Assembly: GCF_009914755.1 (NCBI RefSeq)
Contig: NC_060938.1
DNA length: 64,000 nt
Direction: 5' to 3' (one strand)
DNA from: the human T2T-CHM13v2.0 reference genome, Homo sapiens
Below the pieces are notes generated by a model that did no database searches, had not been told where the DNA came from, and was given only the letters and a program-made list of their open reading frames with translations. The position numbers and the translations under genes are program-made. Below, one piece after another: positions 15,948 to 34,600 of the stretch. Numbering within the stretch: position 1 is the first letter of the stretch; every line of letters begins with the position of its first letter.

Positions 15948-18251
15948 AGTCAGAGCCTGGAGAATAGTTACATCTCCTGGATGATCGACTCAGAAATATG
16001 TCACAATGCCCCCTCCCTGTAGTGCCTAGAGAAGATTTGCATCATTTGGGTGATCAGTGCAGAGATATATCACAATGTCCCCTGTACAAAAAGCCTGGAA
16101 ATGATTTACATCACCTCGGTGATCAGTGCACAAGTATTTCAGAAATCCCCAGTAGGCTGAACCTAGACAAGGGTTACATCACTTAGGTGATCAGTGTAGA
16201 GATATGTGAAAATTCCCTTGTAGACAGACCCTAGACAAGTGTTACATCACCTAGTGATCAGTGCAGGGATAAGTCGTAAAGCCTCCTGTAGGCAGAGTGT
16301 AGACAACTGTTTCCTCCCTGGGGTGATCAGTGCAGTGCTATGTCACAAAGCCACTGTAAGCAGAACCTTAACAAGGGTTACATCACCTGTTTGATCAGTG
16401 GAAACGTATATCACAAAGTCCCCTGTAGGCAAAGCCCAGACAATTGTTACATCACCTGGGTGAGCAGTGGAGAGATCTGTCACAATGTCCCTGTAGGCAG
16501 AGCTTAGACAAGGGTTACATCACCCGGGTGATCAGTGCAGAGATATGTGAGAATTCCCGTGTAGGCAGAGCCTAGACAATTGTTACATCACCTAGGTTAT
16601 CAGTGCAGGTATAAGTCATAAAGCCTCCTATAGGCAGAGCGTAGACAAGAGTTCCCTCCACAGGGTGATTAGTGCAGAGATGTGTCACAAAGCCCCTGTA
16701 AGCAGAGCCTAAACAAGTGTTTCATCACCTGGTTGATCAGTTCAGAGATGTGTCACAATGTCCACGTAGGGAGATCTAAGACAAGTGTCCATCACCTGGG
16801 TAATCAGTGCAGAGATATGTACCAATGTCCCCTGTAGGCAGTGCCTAGACAAGAGTTGCATCACCTGAGATCAGTGCATAGATATGTCATAAAGCCTTCT
16901 ATAGGCAAAGCCCATACAAGGCTTACATCAACTAGGTGATCAGTGCAGTCATATGTGACAAAAATCCCTGTAGACAGAGCCTAGACAAGACTTCCATCAC
17001 CTGGGTGATCAGTGCAGAGATATGTCACAAATCCCCCTCCAGGCAGAGTATATAGAAGAGTCCCATCACCTGGGTGATCAGTGCAGAGATAAGTCACAAT
17101 GCCCCCATAGGCAGAGTGTAGACAAGAGTTACATAACCCGGGTGATCCGTGCAATGGGATGTCACAACGCCCTCTGTAGGCAGAGAATAGAAAATAGTTA
17201 CATCACCTCGGTGATCAGTGCAGAGATATGTGAAAATACCCCTGTAGGCAGAGCCTAGAAAAGAGTTACATCACCTGGGTGATCAGTGCAGTGATATGAC
17301 ACAATGCCGTGTAGCCAGAGACTAGACTAAAGTTACAACACCTGGGAGATCAGTGCAGAGATATGTCACAATGTCCCCAGTAGGCAGAGACCAGGCAAGA
17401 GTTGGATCACCTCGGGATCAGTGCAGAGATATGTCTCAATCCCCCTGTGGGCACAGCCTAGACAAGTGTTACATCACCTCGGTTAACAGTGCAGAGATAT
17501 GTCAAGGTGCCCCTGTAGGCAGAGCCTACACAATTGTTACATCACTTAGGTGATCAGTGCAGAGATATGCCACAATACAACCTGTAAGCAGAGCCTAGAC
17601 AAGAGTTTCATCACCTGGGTGATCAGTGCAGAGATATGTGACAAGGCCCCTTTAAGCAGAGCCCAGACAATAGTTACATCACATGAGTGATCAGTGCAGA
17701 GATCTGTCACAATGCCCCTGCAGGCAGAGCTTAGACCAGTGTTACATCACCTGTGTGAGCAGTGCAGAGATATGTCACAAGGCCCCCTATAGGCAGAGCC
17801 TGGACAAGATTTACATCACCTCATTGATCAATGCAGTGATATGTCATTATGCCCCGTAGGCAGAGCCTAGTCAAACGTTACATCACCTGGGTGATCAGTG
17901 CAGAGATATGTCACAAAGCCCCCATAAACAGAGCCCACACAAGTGTCCCATCACCTGGGTGATCAGTGAAGAAATATGTCACAATGCCCCCATAGGCAGA
18001 TCCAACACAAGAGTTACATCACCTGGGTGATCAGTGTAGATATATGTCACAATGCCCCCGTAGGCAGATCCAACACAAGAGTTACATCACTTAGGTGATC
18101 AGTGTAGAGATATATCACAATGCCCCCATAGGCAGAGCCTAGACAAAATTCCCATCACCTGGGTGATCAGTGCAGAGATATGTCACAAAGACCCTGTAGG
18201 CAGAGCCTAGACAAGCATTACATCAGTGTTGATCAGTTCAGAGATGTGTCA
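15948..18251 (+). repeat. 68-bp beta satellite block (~2.3 kb, shortest complete spacer)
   Basis: Tandem monomers, + orientation. Confidence 0.97.
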
Positions 18252-21010
<2,759 letters not shown>

Positions 21011-24000
21011 AGTCAAACCCTGGAGAATAGTTACATCTAAAGGATGATCAGCACAGAAATATGTCACAATGCCCTCTGCCTGGGGAGCCTAGAGAAGATT
21101 TGCATCATTTGGTTGATCAGTGCAGAGATATATCACAATGTCCCCTGTATAAAAAGCTTGGAAATTATTTACAACACCTCGGTGATCAGTGCTTAGGTAT
21201 GTCAGAAATCCCCAGTAGGCTGAACCTAGACAAAGATTACATCACTTAGGTGATCCTTGTATAGATATGTGAAAATTCTCATGTAGACAGAGCCTAGACA
21301 AGTGTTACATCACCTAGTGATCAGTGCAGGGATAAGTCGTAAAGCCTCCTGTAGGCAGAGTGTAGACAAGTGTTTCCTCCCTGGGGTAATCAGTGCAGAG
21401 ATATGTCACAAAGCCCCTGTAAGCAGAACCTTGACAAGGGTTACATCACCTGTTTGATCAGTGGAAATGTATATCACAAAGCTCCCTGTAGGCAAAGCCC
21501 AGACAATTGTTACATCACCTGGGTGAGCAGTGGAGAGATCTGTCACAATGCTCCTGTAGGCAGAGGTTAGACAAGGGTTACATCACCTGGATAATCAGTG
21601 CAGAGATATGTCAAAACACTCCTGTAGGCTGAACCTAGAGAGGAGTTACTGGGTGATCAGTGCAGAGATATGTGAGAATTTCCGTGTAGGCAGAGCCTAG
21701 ACAAGTGTTACATCACCAAGGATATCAGTTCAGGTATAAGTCGTAAAGCCTCCTGTATGCAGAGTGTAGACAAGAGTTCCCTCCCCAGGGTGATCAGTGC
21801 AGAGATGTGTCACAAAGACCCTGTAGGCAGAGCCTAGACAAGAGTTTCATCACTTGGTTAATCACTTCAGAGATGTGTCACAATGTCCATGTAGGCAGAT
21901 CTAAGACAAGAGTCTATCACCTGGGTGATCAGTGCAGAGATATGTATCAATGTTCCCTGTAGGCAGTGCGTAGACAAGAGTTGCATCACCTCAGAGATCA
22001 GTGCATAGATATGTCACAAAGCCTTCTATAGGCAAGGCCCATACAAGGCTTTCATCACCTAGGTGGTCAGTGCAGTGATATGTCACAAAAATCCCTGTAG
22101 ACAGAGCCTAGAAAAGAGATACATAACCTGTGTGATCAGAGCAGATATTTGACACAATGCCCCCATAGACAGAGCCTAGACAAGACTACCATCACCAGGG
22201 TGATCATTACAGATTATCTCACAACTCCCCCTCTAGGCAGAGTATAGAGAAGAGTCCCATCACCTGGGTGATCAGTGCAGAGATACTTCACAATGACCCT
22301 GTAGGGAGAGAGTGGACAAGAGTTACATAACAAAGGTGATCTGTGTAGAGTTACGTCACAATAACCCCTGTAGGTTCAGCCTAGACAAGAGTAACATCAC
22401 CTGGGTGATCAGTGCAGAGATACGTCACAATACCCACTATAAGTGGAGCCTTGACAAGAGTTACATCACCTGGGTGATCAGTACAGACATATGTCACAAA
22501 GCCCCTCTAGGTGGAGCCTAAACAAGAGTTACATCACCTGGGTGATCAGCACAGAAATATGTCACAAAGCCCCTGTAGGCCGAGCCTAGAAAAGAGTTAC
22601 ACTTCCTGGGCGATCAGTGCAAAGATATGTCACAAAGTCCCCTGTAGAAAAATCCCAAAAAATTGTTACATCTCCTGGATGATCGTTAGAGATATCTTTC
22701 ACAATTCCCCTTTAGGCGCAGCATAGACAAGCGTTACATCACAAGAGTGATCCGTGCAGAGATATGTCACTATGCCCCCATAGGCAGATCCAAGACAAGA
22801 GTCCATCACCCAGGTGATCAGAACAGAAATATGCCGCAAAGCCGCCAGTAGGCAGATATAGAAAAGAGTTACATCACCTGCTTGATCACTGCAGAGATAT
22901 GTCAAAATACCCCTGTAGGAAGAGCCTAGACAAGAGCCCCATCACCTGGGTGATCAGTGCAGAATTATGTCACAATGCACCCTTTTGGCAGAGCCTAGAC
23001 AAGGGTTACATCACCTCGGTGATCAGTGCAGAGATGTGTCACAAGCACCCTGTAGCCAGAAAGTAGACAAAGATTACATCAGATGTGTGATCACTGCAGT
23101 GACATGTCACAATGTCCCTGTAGCCATATCCTTGACAAAAGTGACATCACCTTGGTGATCAGTGCGGAGATATGTAACAATGTCTCCAGTAGGCAGAGCC
23201 TACACAAGATTTACATAACCTGGGTGATCAGGGCAGAGATATGTCACAATGCCCCCTGTAAGCAGATCCCAGACAAGAGTTGCATCACCTCGGTGATCAG
23301 TGCACAGATATGTCTCAATGTCCCCTGTCGGCAAAGCCTATAAAAGAGTTACATCATCTCGGTGATCAGTGCAGTGATATGTTAAAATGCCCCTGTAGGC
23401 AGAGCCTAGACAAGAGTTACATCACCTGGCTGATCCGTGCAGAGATATCTGACAATACCCCCTGTAAGCAGAGCCTAGACAAGAGTAACATCACCTGGGT
23501 GATCAGTGCAGAGATATGTCATAAACCCCACTGTAGGCAAAGCCTAGACAAGTTTTACATCACCTCAGCAATCATTGAAGAGATATGTCCCAATGTCTCT
23601 CTAGGCAGAGCTTAGACAAGAGTCACATCTCCTGGGTGATCAGTGCAGAGATAAGTCACAATGCCCCCATAGGCAGAGCCTAGACACGAGTTACATAACC
23701 CGGGTGATCCGTGCAGAGTGATATCACAACCCCCTCTGTAGGCAGAGCATAGAAAAGAGTCACATCATCTTGGGGATCAGTGCAGAGATATGTCCCAATG
23801 CCCCTGTAGGCAGAGCATAGAGAAGAGTTGCATCACCTGGGTGTTCAGTGCAGAGATATGTCACAATCTCCCCTGTAGGCAAACCCTAGGCAAGAGTTAC
23901 ATAACCTTTCTCATCACTTCAGGGATATGTGAAAACTCCCCTGTAAGCAGAGCCTAGAAAACTGTTACATCACCTAGTTGATCAGTGCAGAGATATTTCA

Positions 24001-26781
24001 CAATACCCTCTGTAGGCAGATCCTAGATAAGAGTTGAATCACCTGGGTGATCAGTGCAGAGATATTGCACAATGCCCCCTTTGGGCCGAGGGTAGACAAG
24101 ACTTACATCACCTTGGTGATCAGTGCAGAGATTTGTCAAAATCCCTGTAGGCAGTGCTTATAAAAGTGTCACATCACCGAAGTGATCAGTGCGGAGATAT
24201 GTCACAAAGCTCCTGCAGGCAGAACTTAGATGAGTTACATCACCTGGGTGGTCAGTGCAAAGTGTGTCACAAAGCCCCTGTAGGCAAAGAATAGACAATA
24301 GTTACAACACTTGGTTGTTCAGCGGCGAGATCTCTCACAATTCCCCTGTAGGCAGAGCTTATACAACAGTTACATCACCTGGGTGATCATGCAGGGATAT
24401 GTCAAAGTGCCCCATAGGCAGATCCAAGACAAGAGTCAGTCACCTGGGTAATCATCACAGGAATATGTCACAATGCCCCCTAAGGCAGAGCCTAGAAAAA
24501 AGCCCCATCACCTGGATGATCAGTGCAGAATTATGTCACAAAGTCCCTTTAGGCAGTTCCTAGAAAAGAGTTACATCACTTGGATGATCATTGCAGAGAT
24601 ATGTCACAATGCCACTGTAGGCAGAGCCTAGACAAGAGTTGCATGACCTAGGTGATCAGTGCGGAGATTCGTCACAATGCCCCTGTAGGCAGAGCCTTGA
24701 CAAGTGGTATATCACCTGGGTGATCATTGCAGGGATATGTCACAAAGCACCCTGTGGGCAGATGCTAGAGAAGACTTATATCACCTGGGTGATCAGTGCA
24801 GAGATATTTCACAATGCCACTGTTGGCAGAGTCTAGAAATGTGTCCCATCACCTGGGTGATCAGTGCAGAGTTCTGTCACAACACCCCTGTAGGCAGAGC
24901 CTTGACAAGTGGTATATCACCTGGGTGATCATTGCAGGGATATGTCACAAAGCACCCTGCAAGCAGATCCTAGAAAAGAGTTACATCACCTAGGTGATCA
25001 GTGCAGAGATTTCTCAAAATTCCCTGTAGGCAGTGCTTATAAAAGTGTTACATCACCTAAGAGATCAGTGCAGAGATATGTCACAAAACTCCTGTCGGCA
25101 GAACTTAGATGAGTTACATCACCTGTGTGATCAGTGCAAAGGTATGTCACAATGCCCCCATAGGCAGAGCCTAGACAAAAGCCCCAACACCTGGATGATC
25201 AGTGCAGAGTTATGTCACAAAGTCCCTTTAGGCATATCTTAGACAAGTGTTACATCACTTGAATGATCAGTGCAGAGATATGTCACAATGCCACTGTAGG
25301 CAGAGCCTAGACAAGAGTTACATGACCTAGGTGATCAGTGCAGAGATACATCGCAATGTCCCTGTAGGCAGAGCCTTGACAAGTGGTATATCACCTGGGT
25401 GATCATTGCAGGGATATGTCACAAAGCACCCTGTAGGCAGGTCCTAGAAAAGATTTACATCACCTAGGTGATCAGTGCAGAGAAATGTCACAATGCCACT
25501 GTTGGCCGAGCCTAGACAAGAGTCCCATCACGTGGGTGATCAGTGCAGAGATCTGTCACAATGCCCCTGTAGGCAGATCCTAGAGAAGAGTTATATCACC
25601 TAGGTGATCAGTGCAGAGATATGTCGCAAGACCCCTGTAGGCAGAGCCTAGACAAAGGTTATATCACCTGGGTGATCAGTGCAGTGTTATGTCACAATGC
25701 CGTGTAGCCAGAGCCTAGACTAAAGTTACTGCACCTGGGAGATCAGTGCAGAGATATGTCACAATGTCCAAAGTAGGCAGAGACCAGGCAAGGGTTGGAT
25801 CACCCCGGGATCAGTGCAGACATATGTCTCAATCCCCCTGTGGGCACAGCCTAGATAAGAGTTACATCAACTCGTTTGACAGTGCAGAGATATGTCAAAA
25901 TGCCCCTGTAGGCAGAGCCTACACAGGAGTTACATCACTTAGGTGACCAGTACAAAGATATGTCACAATACCCCCTCTAAGCAGAGCCTAGACAAGAGTT
26001 ACATCACCTCGGTGATCAGTGCAGAGATATGTGACAAGGCCACTTTAAGTTGAGCCTAGACAATAGTTACGTCACCTGAGTGATCAGTGCAGAGAATTGT
26101 CACAATGCCCCTTTAGGCAGAGCTTAGACCAGAGTTACTTCACCTTGGTGATCAGTGCTGAGATATGACACAATGCCCCCATAGACAAATCCAAGCCAAG
26201 TGTCTGTCACCTGGGTGATCAGCGCAGAAATATGTGACAATGCCCCCAGTAGGCAGAGCCTAGAGAAGAGTCCCATCAACAGTGTGATCAGTGTAGAAAT
26301 ATTTCACAATGCCCCTGCAGGCAGAGCGTAAGCAAGAGTTACATCACGTAGATGATCAGAGCAGAAATGTGTCACAAGGCCCCCTATAGGCCGAGCCTGG
26401 ACAAGAGTTACATCACCTCGGTGATCAATGCAGTGATATGTCACCAAGCCCCGTAGGCAGAGCCTAGTCAAGCGTTACATCACCTGTGTGATCAGTGCAG
26501 TGATATGTCACAAAGCCCCCATACACAGAGCCTAGACAAATGTCCCATCACCTGGGAGATCAGTGCAGAAATATGTCACAATGCCCCCATAGGCAGATCC
26601 AACACAAGAGTTTCATCACCTGGGTGATCAGTGTGGAGATATGTCACAATGCCTGCATAGGCAGAGCCTAGACAAAGTCCCATCATCTGGGTGATCAGTG
26701 CAGAGATATGTCACAAAGCCCCTGTGGGAAGAGCCTAGACAAGTGTTACATCACTTTGTTGATCAGTTCAGAGATGTGTCA
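21011..26781 (+). repeat. 68-bp beta satellite block (~5.8 kb)
   Basis: Tandem monomers, + orientation. Confidence 0.97.
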
Positions 26782-28618
<1,837 letters not shown>

Positions 28619-31600
28619 AGTCAAAACCTGGAAAATAGTTACATCTCCTGGATGATCGATTCAGAAATGTGTCACAATGCCCCCTCCCTGCGGAGACTAG
28701 AGAAGATTTGCAACATTTGTGTGATCAGTGGAGAGATATATCACAACGTCCCCTGTACAAAAAGCCTGGAAATGATTTACATCACCTAGGTGATCACTGC
28801 ATAGGTATGTCAGAAATCGCCAGTAGGCTGAATTTATACAAGGGTTACGTCACTTAGGTGATCAGTGGAGAGATATGTGAAAATTCCCGTGTAGACAGAG
28901 CCTAGACAAGTGTTACATCACCTAGTGATCAGTGCAGGGATAAGTCATAAAGCCTCCTGTAGGCAGAGTGTATAAAAGTGTTTCCTCCCTGGGGTGATCA
29001 GTGCAGAGATATGTCACAAAGCCCCTGTAAGCAGAACCTTGACAAGGGTTACATCACCTGTTTGATGAGTGGAAATATATATCACAAAGCCCCCTGTAGG
29101 CAAAGCCCAGACAATTGTTACATCACCTGGGTGAGCAGTGGAGAGATCTGTCACAATGCCCCTGTAGGCAGAGCTTAGACAAAGGTCAGTGCAGAGATAT
29201 GTGAGAATTCCCCTGTAGGCAGAGCCTAGACAAGTGTTACATCACCTAGGTTATCAGTGAAGGTATAAGTCATAAAGCCACCTGTAGGCAGAGCGTAGAA
29301 GAGTTCCTTCCCCAGGGTGATCAGTGCAGAGATGTGTCACAATGTCCATGTAGGCAGATCTAAGGCAAGAGTCCAACACCTGGGTGATCAGTGCAGAGAT
29401 ATGTACCAATGTGCCCTGTAGGCAGTGCCTAGACAAGAATTCCATCACCTCAGAGATCAGTGCATAGATATGTCACAAAGCCTACTGTACACAAAGCCCA
29501 TACAAGGCTTACATCACCTAGGTGATTATTGCAGTGATATGTCACAAAAATCCCTGTAGACAGAGCCTAGACAAGAGTTACATCATCTGGGTGATCAGTG
29601 CAGATATTTGACACAATGACCCCATAGACAGAGCCTAAACAAGACTTCCATCTCCTGGGTGATCAGTGCAGAGATATGTGACAAATCCCCCTCTAGGCAG
29701 AGTATAGAGAAGAGTCCCATCACCTGGGTGTTCAGTGCAGAGATATTTCACAATGCCCCCTGTAGGCCGAGAGTGGACAAGAGTTACACAACCTAGGTGA
29801 AATGTGCAGAGCTATTTCAAAACGCACCTGTAGGCAGAGCGTAGATAAATGTTACATCACCTGGGTGATCAGTACAGAGATATGTCACAAAGCCCCTGTA
29901 TGCAGAGCCTAAAGAAGAGTTACATCACCATTTTGATCAGGGCAGAAATATGTCACAAAGCCCCAGTAGGCCGAGCCTAGACAAGAGTTACATCTCCTGG
30001 GAGATCAGTGCAAAGATATTTCACACAGCTCCCTGTAGACAAATCCCAGAAAATTGTTACATCACCTGGGTGATCAGTGGAGATATCTGTCACAATTCCC
30101 CTTCAGGCGCAGCTTAAACAAACGTTACATCACATGAGTGATCAGTGCAGAGATATGTCACTATGCCCCCATAGGCAGATCCAAGACAAGAGTCCATCAC
30201 CTGGGTGATCAGTGCAGTAATATGCCACAATGCCGCGAGTAGGCAGATACAGACAAGAGTTACATCACCTGCGTGATCACGACAGAGATATGTCAAAATG
30301 TCACTGTAGGCAGAGCCTAGAAAAGAGTCCCATCACCTGGGTGATCAGTGCAGAGTTATGTCACAATGCCCCCTTTTGGCAGAGCCTAGACAAGGGTTAC
30401 ATCACTTCGGTGATCAGTGCAGAGATGTGTCACAAAGCCGCTGTAGGCAGAGCCTAGACAAGCCTTCCATAACCTGGGTGATCAGGGCAGAGATATGTCA
30501 CAAATCACCCTCTAGGCAGAGTATAGAGAAGAGTGCCATCACCTGGGTGATCAGTGCAGAGATATTTCACAATGCCCCCTGTCGGAAGAGAGTGGACAAG
30601 AGTTACATAACCTAGGTGATCTGTGCAGAGCTATGTCAAAACGCCCCTGTAGGCAGAGCCTACATAAATGTTACATCACCAGGGTGATCAGTGCAGATAT
30701 ACTTCACAATACCCCCTGCAGGTGGAGCCTAGACAAGTTACATCACCTGGGTGATCGGTGCAGAGATATGTCACAAAGCCCCTGTAGGCAGAGCCTAAAC
30801 AATGGTTACATCAACTGGGTGATCAGTGCAGAAATGTGTCACAAAACCCCTGTAGGCCAAACCTAGACAAGAGTTACATCTCCTGGGTGATCAGTGCAAA
30901 GATATGTCACAAAGCCCCCTGTAGACCGATCCCATAAAATTGATACGTCACCTGAGTGATCAGGGGAGACATCTGTCACAATTCCCCTCTAGGTGCAGAT
31001 TAGACAAGAGTTACATCACATGGGTGATCAGTACAGATATATGTCTCAAAGCCCCTGTAGGCAGAGCCTAGACAAGAGTTTCATCACTTGGTTGATCAGT
31101 TCAGAGATGTGTCACAATGTCCATGTAGGCAGATTTGAGACAAGAGTCCATCTCCTGGGTGATCAGTGCAGAGATATGTTCCAATGTCCCCTGTAGGCAG
31201 TGTCTAGACATCAGTGGCATCACCTCAGATATCATTGCATAGATATGTCACAAAGCCTTCTGTAGGCAAAGCCCATACAAGGCTTACAACACCTAGGTTA
31301 TCAGTGCAGTGATATGTCACAAAAATCCCTGTAGACAGAGCCTAGAAAGATTTACATCACCTGGGTGATCATTGCAGATATTTGACACAATGCCCCCATA
31401 GACAGAGCCTAGACAAGACTTTCATCACCTGGGTGATCATTGCAGAGATATTTCACACTGCCCCCAGTATGCAGAGAGTGGAAAAGAGTTACATAACCTA
31501 GGTGATCTGTGCAGATCTATGTCAAAAGGCCCCACTTGACAGAGCCTATATAAATGTTACATCACCTGGGTGATCAGTGCAGAGATATGTCACAATACAA

Positions 31601-34600
31601 CCTGTAGGTGGAGCCTAGACAAGAGTTACTTCACCTGGGAGACCAGTGCAGAGATACGTCACAATACCCACTGTATGTGGAGCCTAGACAAGAGTTACAT
31701 CACCTGGGTGATCAGTACAGAAATATGTCACAAAGCCCCTGTAGGCAGAGCCTAAGCAAGAGTTACATCACCTGGGTGATCAGTGCAGAAATATGCCACA
31801 AAGCCCCGTTAGGCCGAGCCTAGACAAGAGTTACATCTTCTGGGTGATCAGTGCAAAGATATGTCACAAAGCCCACTGTAGACAAATGCCAGAAAATTGT
31901 TACATCACCTGGGTGATCACTGGAGGTATCTGTCACAATTACCCTTTAGGCGCAGCTAAGACAAGCGCTACATCACATGAGTGATCAGTGCAGAGATATG
32001 TCACTATGCCCTCATAGGCAGATCCAAAACAAGAGTCCATCACCTGGGTGATTAGTGCAGAAATATGTCACAATGCCGCCAGTAGGCAGATATAGACAAG
32101 AGTTACATCACCCGCGTCATCACTGCAGAGATATGTCACAATGCCCCTGTAGGCAGAGCCTAGACAAGAGTCCCATCACCTGGGTGATCAGTGCAGAGAT
32201 GTGTCAAAATCCCCCTGTAGCTAGAGCTGAAACAAGAGATACATCAGCTGTGTGATGAGTACAGTGACATGTCACAATATGCCTGTGGCCATATCCTTGA
32301 AAAAAGTGACATCACCTCGGTGATCAGTGCGGAGATGTGTCACAATTTCTCCAGTAGGCAGAGCCTAGAAAAGAGTTACATCACCTGGGTGATCAGGACA
32401 GAGATATGTCACAATGTCCCCTGTAAGCAGATTCCAGACAAGACTTGCATCACCTCGGTGATCAGTGAAGAGATATGTCTCAATGCCCCCTGTCGTCGAA
32501 GCCTATACAAGAGTTACATCATCTCGGTGATCCGTGCAGTGATATGTTAAAATGCCCCTGTAGGCAGAGCCTAGACAAGAGTTACATCATCTGGGTGATC
32601 AGTGCAGAGATATCTCACAATACCCCCTGTAAGCAGAGCCTAGACAAGAATTACATCACCTGGGTGATCAGTGAAGTGATATGTCATAAATCCCACTGTA
32701 GACAAAGCCTAGACAAGTTTTACATCACCTCAGGGATCAGTGCAGAGATATGTCCCAAAGTCCCTATAGGCAGAGCTTAGAAAAGTGTCACATCTCCTGG
32801 GTGATCAGTGCAGATATATGTCACAATGCCCCCATAGGTAGAGCCTAGACAAGAGTTACATAACCCGGGTGATCCGTGCAGAGTGATGTCACAACGCCCT
32901 CTGTAGGCAGAGACTAGAAAAGAGTATCACCTGTGTGATCAGTGCAGAGATATGACACAATGCCCCCTGTAGGCAGAGCATAGAGAAGAGTTGCATAACC
33001 CGGGTGATCAGTGCAGAGATATGTCACAATGTCCCCTGTAGGCAGAGCATAGAGAAGAGTTGCATCACCTGGGTGATCAGTGTAGAGATATTTCACAATG
33101 TCCCCTGTAGGCAAAGCCTAGGCAAGAGTTACATCACCTTTGTCATCAATTCAGGGATATGTGAAAACGCCCCTGTAGGCAGAGCCTAGACAAGAGTTAC
33201 ATCACCTAGTTGATCAGTGCAGAGATATTTCACAATATCCCCTGTAGGCAGATCCTAGAAAAGAGTTGAATCACCTGGGTGATCAGTGCACAGATATTTC
33301 ACAATGCCCCCTTTGGGCAGAGGGTAGACATGAGTTACATCACCTAGGTGATCAGTGCAGTGATTTTTCAAATTTCCCTGCAGGCAGTGCTTATAAAAAT
33401 GTTACATCACCTAAGTGATCAGTGCGGAGATATGTCACAAAGCTCCTGTACGTGGAACGTAGATGAGTTACGTCACCTGGGTGATCAGTGCAAAGGTATG
33501 TCACAAAGCCCCCTGAAGGCAAAGCCTAGACTATCATTATATCACTTGGGTGATCAGTGGCGAGATCTCTCACAATTCCCCTGTTGGCAGAGCTCATACA
33601 AAAGTTACATCACCTGGGTGATCAGTGCAGAGATATGTCACAATGCCCCCATAGGTAGATCCAAGACAAGAGGCTGTCACCTGTGTGATCAGTGCAAAGA
33701 TATGTCACAAAGCCCCCTGTAGACTAATCCCAGAAAATTGTTACATCACCAGGGTGATCAGTGGAGATATTTGTCACAATTCCCCTTTAGGCGCAGCTTA
33801 GACAAGCATTTCATCACATAAGTGATCAGTGCAGTGATATGTCACTGTGCCCCCATAGGCAGATCCAAGACAAGAGTCCATCACCTGGATGATCAGTGCA
33901 GAAACATGCCACAGTGCCACGAGTAGGCAGATATAGACAACAGTTACATCACCTGCGTGATCACTGCAGGGAAATGTCAAAATGCCCCTGTAGGCAGAGC
34001 TTAGACAAGGGTCCCATCACCTGGGTGATCAGTGCAGGGTTATGTCACAATGCCCCCATTTGGCAGAGCCTCGACAAGCATTACATCACCTGAGTGATCA
34101 GTGCAGAGATGTGTCAAAAGACCCCTGTAGCCAGAGCCTAGACAAGAGTTACATCAGCTGTGTGATCAGTGAAGTGACATGTCACAATGTCCCTGTAGCC
34201 ATATCCTTGACAAAAGTGACATCACCTGGGTGATCAGTGTGGAGATATGTAACAATGTCTCCAGTAGGCAGAGCCTAGACAAGAGTTACATCACCTGGGT
34301 GATCAGGGCAGAGATATGTCACAATGACCCCTGTAAGCAGATCCCAAACAAGACTTGCATCACCTCAGTGATCAGTAAAGAGATATATCTCAATGCCCCC
34401 TTTCGGCGAAGCCTTTACAAGAGTCACATCTCGGTGATCAGTGCAGTGATATGTTAAAATGCCCCTGTAGGCAGAGGCTAGACAACAGTTACATCACCTG
34501 GGTGATCAGTGCAGAGATATCTCACAATACCCCCTGTAAGCAGAGCCTAGACAAGAATTACATCACCTGGGTGATCAGTGAAGGGATATGTCATAAATCC

